Source: Marsupella aquatica (lineage: Eukaryota > Plantae > Marchantiophyta). From it: 64,000 nt of DNA. The notes beneath the pieces are model-generated. The model saw only the letters and a program-made list of their open reading frames with translations. It was not told the DNA's origin and searched no databases. Where the stretch lies: the NCBI GenBank assembly GCA_973895155.1, contig OZ316892.1, positions 13,942,861 through 14,006,860 on the forward strand, given 5' to 3'. The position numbers and the translations under genes were made by a program. Positions 59,646-64,000 of the stretch are shown here, in pieces; within the stretch, counting starts at the first letter, position 1; the number at the start of each line of letters is the position of its first letter.

Positions 59646-61937
59646 TCTTTTTGCACTGTGTATCAATTTGTGTATCAACTTGACTGTTTGTGAAAAGCTC
59701 ATTTTCTCGATCTCCACAGCAAGTGGAGCGGATGTTTATTGCGTTTAGACTGAGCATAACAAACTCATTCCAAGGACATGCGTCCATCCGCAATTCCTCA
59801 GGCTGACGTGAACAGCGCATTGTATGGGAAACATGTCACGTCTAAGTCTGTTTCAATTATTTGTCAGTCGCTTGACTTCGAAGAACCTACATGTCCATGT
59901 TTGAAAAACAAATGAAGGGCCTAAACGAGATTACACATCGATGGCTTTGATCTCGAGGTGTTACCACTACACACTAACACGTCTGTCTCCGTAGATTCTG
60001 GAGAAAGACATCGTCAAAGTTAAAATTTCATGTGACAGTGGGTCCCAACAAGTTTTTGCCAAATATTCACAGAGGCCTACATCCGGGGACATTTGGAGCG
60101 ATGTGGAGGAGTCTCCCAGATTCAAGGCTTGAAGAACATAGGCTCTTCCGCCGCATTGGCATCATCTTCCGATCATCTTAGTTGGGTAACGCGTTTCAGC
60201 ATTACTGTTGTCGCCTCCCATTCCTCCAGCCGGTCAGCGTGACTGGATCGAACCATAACTGGTATTATTATTACTACTGTCTCAGTCTTGATCCCCACCA
60301 ATCACGTTATACAGCCGTCCTTCAGTACAAAGTTGTGCTCCTCAGAGGCTCAGACCTCTGTCGATTTCTCCGTTTCCCTTTGGTCACACTCTTAGACTTT
60401 ACAATCCCTTCGGTCACACTCGTAAACTTTTGGCCAGTCAGGACTACTCTTCCTGGATAACTCAACCCCCTGGGCTCCACTTTAAGATGAGGCCTACCTA
60501 CCCATTTCCATTCAAGGGACATGCAAATAATCGTTTATTTATCTATTTAGAAATATGGAGTCTTTTGCAGACTGATATGTGAAAACATACATCCCTCACA
60601 TCTCCACCTGGCATTGTGCAATGACTGGCAACTTTAAATAACGGGACCCAATGGACAATAATAAATGAATTTCTCCTTGGGTAGTTCATGGTAGCTTTCC
60701 CATGTCCATTTAGAATTCCTGGGATTTTCTCTAAGTAAAAGCATCTCTGCAGAGGACGACTTATTTCTAGCAATTCATGAAAGGTATACTCTTCAAATTT
60801 TTGGTAACAAAATAGAATTAAAACGTTTTGTTATATACAACAGAAAAAGGATACATCATCTCATAATGACACCAAATACACCTTTGGTTATATTAGCACA
60901 CCATCTCCTATTGACACTAAACAACTTTAGTTTAGCAAAATAAGCTTTGGTTGCTGTTCATGACTCAAATCAAACTATCATTTCCCTGTCTATGACACAT
61001 TGTAATTATAATAATAATACCATTAACAAAGACAATAACGTTAAAATATCTGCAAATGAATGCTCTTTGCCCGCTTCTATGATTTCATGTGATTTTAGAA
61101 ACTCATTCTTATTTATGCTAAGCTTTCTACCCATCAGTGACCAACTACTATTGAATTGATGACATTTTAAGATAAATTTATTTCACTCACTCATTTCTTT
61201 CTTCTGTTGTCAAAATTTTCCTTTGTTGCTATTGATTTCCCTAGTTGTAATCCTTAGTATATGTCTTAATCTAATCAAATGAACTAATAAAACCGTCTAT
61301 CTTGGTGGTCTTTCTGGTGTGTTATTTAGCTCTAGGACTTCGGGTGGTTGTCCTTGGGTTTGCTTTGGTGCAGTAGGTCTCCTATTTGGCTGTGAGGGGC
61401 TCTTGGGTCTTCTATTGCTGGAATTGACCTCTTCAGGGGTTGTTTGTCTATTTAAATAAATGACGCCTAGCACTAGGTACCCATGTACTGATTCAAAAGT
61501 GTTCCATTGCAAGTGGCTAATTGGCAGGAGGAAAAAATATAAAAAGTAATGGAGCTACTATAATGAATTGAACTTACTAAACTGTGCTGTAGATTTTCGG
61601 GATGAAATTTCCTGTGAGTCATCTACATGAATCCTTAAGTGTCCATCAATCGATTGTCTCAAGAACTACAAGTTACTACTCGAGATAAGGTACAAAATGT
61701 ACACTGTAAGCATGTGTTCCAAGACATCGGAACAAAACGTTCGTGGCCTGCCATGGTTAAGAGGCCCACTGCCACAGCCAGAATGGAATTAACTTGAATG
61801 ATGTCGATCCACTCGATACAGCTCGACCGGTCCCTCAGGCATGACTTCTAACTACATTAATTTGTTGGAGCCGGGCTAACACAGTGTGAAATGAACTGTG
61901 GATTGATATGAGGGTGTTAAAATAGGACTAAGCGGTA

Positions 61938-63894
61938 TCAAGTTAAAACACATGATTCATAGGTGGGCACCATGTACTTGATGTTAATAAATGCATCCTC
62001 ACCACCATGTTGTTCAAAGAGTTCTAAAGTTTTCTGCACCAGTTCACCCACGCACGCTTTCTTTTGTTGAGCGTAGTCAATAGCATCTCCGACATTTTCG
62101 ATGTTGTTCTTGAAAATGTTCATGATTGGCAAAAGTTGTCGATAGTATGGTACCAATGACTCTCCAACCATTTCTTCCGATTCGACCAATTTACACAGCA
62201 GCTGCACATTTTGAATCATCAGGTTGTAAGCAATTCCCCTGTTTCACGAACTCGTGACATTTCTCAAGTGCTCTTAATTATGCTTGGCCTGTAACCCTGA
62301 AGATGCAAACCAATGGTACTTAGTTCATATTTTCCTTTTTGCTTCTTACGCCCATACGAAACAGTCCTCCAGTCTGGAGAAATGGAAGTTTACTCATGAT
62401 CCTATCCTTTTGACTTTACAGTGCACAGTAGGCTGCAAATTACTTCATGGCACCTGGCTTAAAGCTACAGAGTCCGATGTTTTAATATGCCATCTGGAAA
62501 CTGTTAGTACAGTTTTGAGTAGTTGCCTGTAACGTTATGTTGATAACAGCAGGATCTCGAGTGTTGAGAGCCGTCTTTATGGGCACGATCAGTTGAGGTA
62601 TAACTGGCAAAATCTTCCCCTCGCCAACCTGCCATTAACATTGAATGACCGTTCATGGTCTGGTCTAGAATCATAAGGGGAAGTTAAGTCGATCAATCGC
62701 CGGGTAATAAGTGAATATGAGATACTCTCTGCCTGAGCCCATCCAGAATTAGCAAAGCACAGGTTTGCCATAATTTGCTGGCCAATACAGATTTTTCGAT
62801 TTCGTCACAGGACGATGAACTCGCGGATCACGAGAATCGACCTGGAATTCTATCAGACAGTGCCGATGCTGATCTCGGTATCGTTATCACTTTTTCGTTC
62901 GGTAATGTGTTTAGATTTCCTCCAAGTCGTCTGCTACTTTCGATTAATTTTCTAGAATATTTCACATAAATGAATTATTTTATGTCCATGCGTGCGAGTT
63001 AAAGTTGTGTTTTGCAACTCGTTGTCAATGCTGGCTATTGTTGCATCTTCAAGCTGACTGTAGACTCTTTGGTGCTTGCCATTGTTTCCTTGACAGGGCT
63101 AATTAGTCCTGCATGTATGGATAATTATACTGTATGCATCATAGAAGCTATTGAGAGGGCAAATATGATAGAGATCTGAAGGGGAAGGACAAGCCTTGAG
63201 GAGGTCTTCAACGCCTTTCACAGCAAGAAAGCGATAAGGCTCTTCTTTCTCGCGAATCCCATCGAAGAAGACGGGCAAATAGTAGTGATAGTCCAATTTG
63301 CTAACCTCCACCTTCCAGTTTATGGTGTTTTTGGAACCACTGTGCTCAATCGCCAATGGCAAGTCTCCCCTTTCGTAAAACTTCCTGAACTGTCAAACGA
63401 AAGCTTTTCTGAGATTGACCATGTGTCAAACCAAAGCTTTGTGTAGGGTCTCGCTGTCTTGCTCCCTTTGTTTCTCTACAGAATTAATTTGTTTTGAAAG
63501 CTGAGATCTCTCTCCTCAGATCGCTTTGTCAAATATCTCTCTGAACCACACCCGGAGAATATGGTCCAAGTTTTCACTTCCCTGTTAACCAACCAAATTA
63601 TCATCTACTGTAGACCTACTCTTTAGCCCGGCTTTTTAATTAGCCACTCTAAGTTGTTTATTGAGCAACCTTATAAGGTGAAAGTTGAAACGAGAATGTG
63701 GACCATCTCACAGGGTGTTTAACATTTCTGAGATTGGTCTTACTAGAGAGTTTGGGGGATTGTCGCGCTTCTGGAAAGCACCAGCAAGGGGAGGTTCTGC
63801 CTTCTGTACTGCACGATGAAGTTCTCCACTTTTTATCTTTGCACCATCTCCTTTCCGACTGAAGTCTTTGGGATACTTTCTAGCCACCTTATGC
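61938..63894 (-). CDS. PACRG: Parkin co-regulated gene protein (axonemal inner-junction protein); 5' end beyond the window
   Basis: Exons 63894-63744, 63389-63195, 62628-62527 and 62201-61938 give [11 protein letters not shown]…[16 protein letters not shown]…[19 protein letters not shown]…[13 protein letters not shown]…[19 protein letters not shown], which are PACRG hallmarks. Confidence 0.95.
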
Positions 63895-64000
63895 CTGAAA
63901 TTCATGAATGAAAGCAATCGGTCGGAGTCTTAGACTTTGCAGTTTTAACATTTATTGCTCAAAATCTACAGTAGGGCTCATAAGTTTAGGGATTCAGTTG

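Overview
Eukaryotic nuclear DNA from a land plant with flagellated sperm, inferred from PACRG. The gene and UTR style suggests a bryophyte, probably a liverwort, but the species cannot be determined. Six apparently intact genes are present: a UBR-box N-degron E3 ligase (minus strand, runs off the left edge), a GEN1-like XPG nuclease (8 exons), a double-trihelix GT-2-type transcription factor, AP-3 delta adaptin, an ICMT/PEMT-family membrane methyltransferase, and PACRG (start lies beyond the right edge). A seventh locus is an intronless receptor kinase with two hevein (chitin-binding type 1) domains; it carries a frameshift and a catalytic Asp->Asn change. Intergenic DNA is rich in transposon debris: a gag-less Ty1/Copia element with intact LTRs and TSD nested in an older antisense LTR, 5'-truncated LINE pieces, at least three MITE families and degenerate tandem arrays. 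The most notable observations are the hevein-RLK, a ~290-bp inverted-repeat pair bracketing the whole methyltransferase gene, two consecutive GC-AG introns in PACRG, a non-PRT6-type UBR box, and a duplicated LTR end with captured filler DNA before the Copia PBS. All exon calls and alignments were made by eye.
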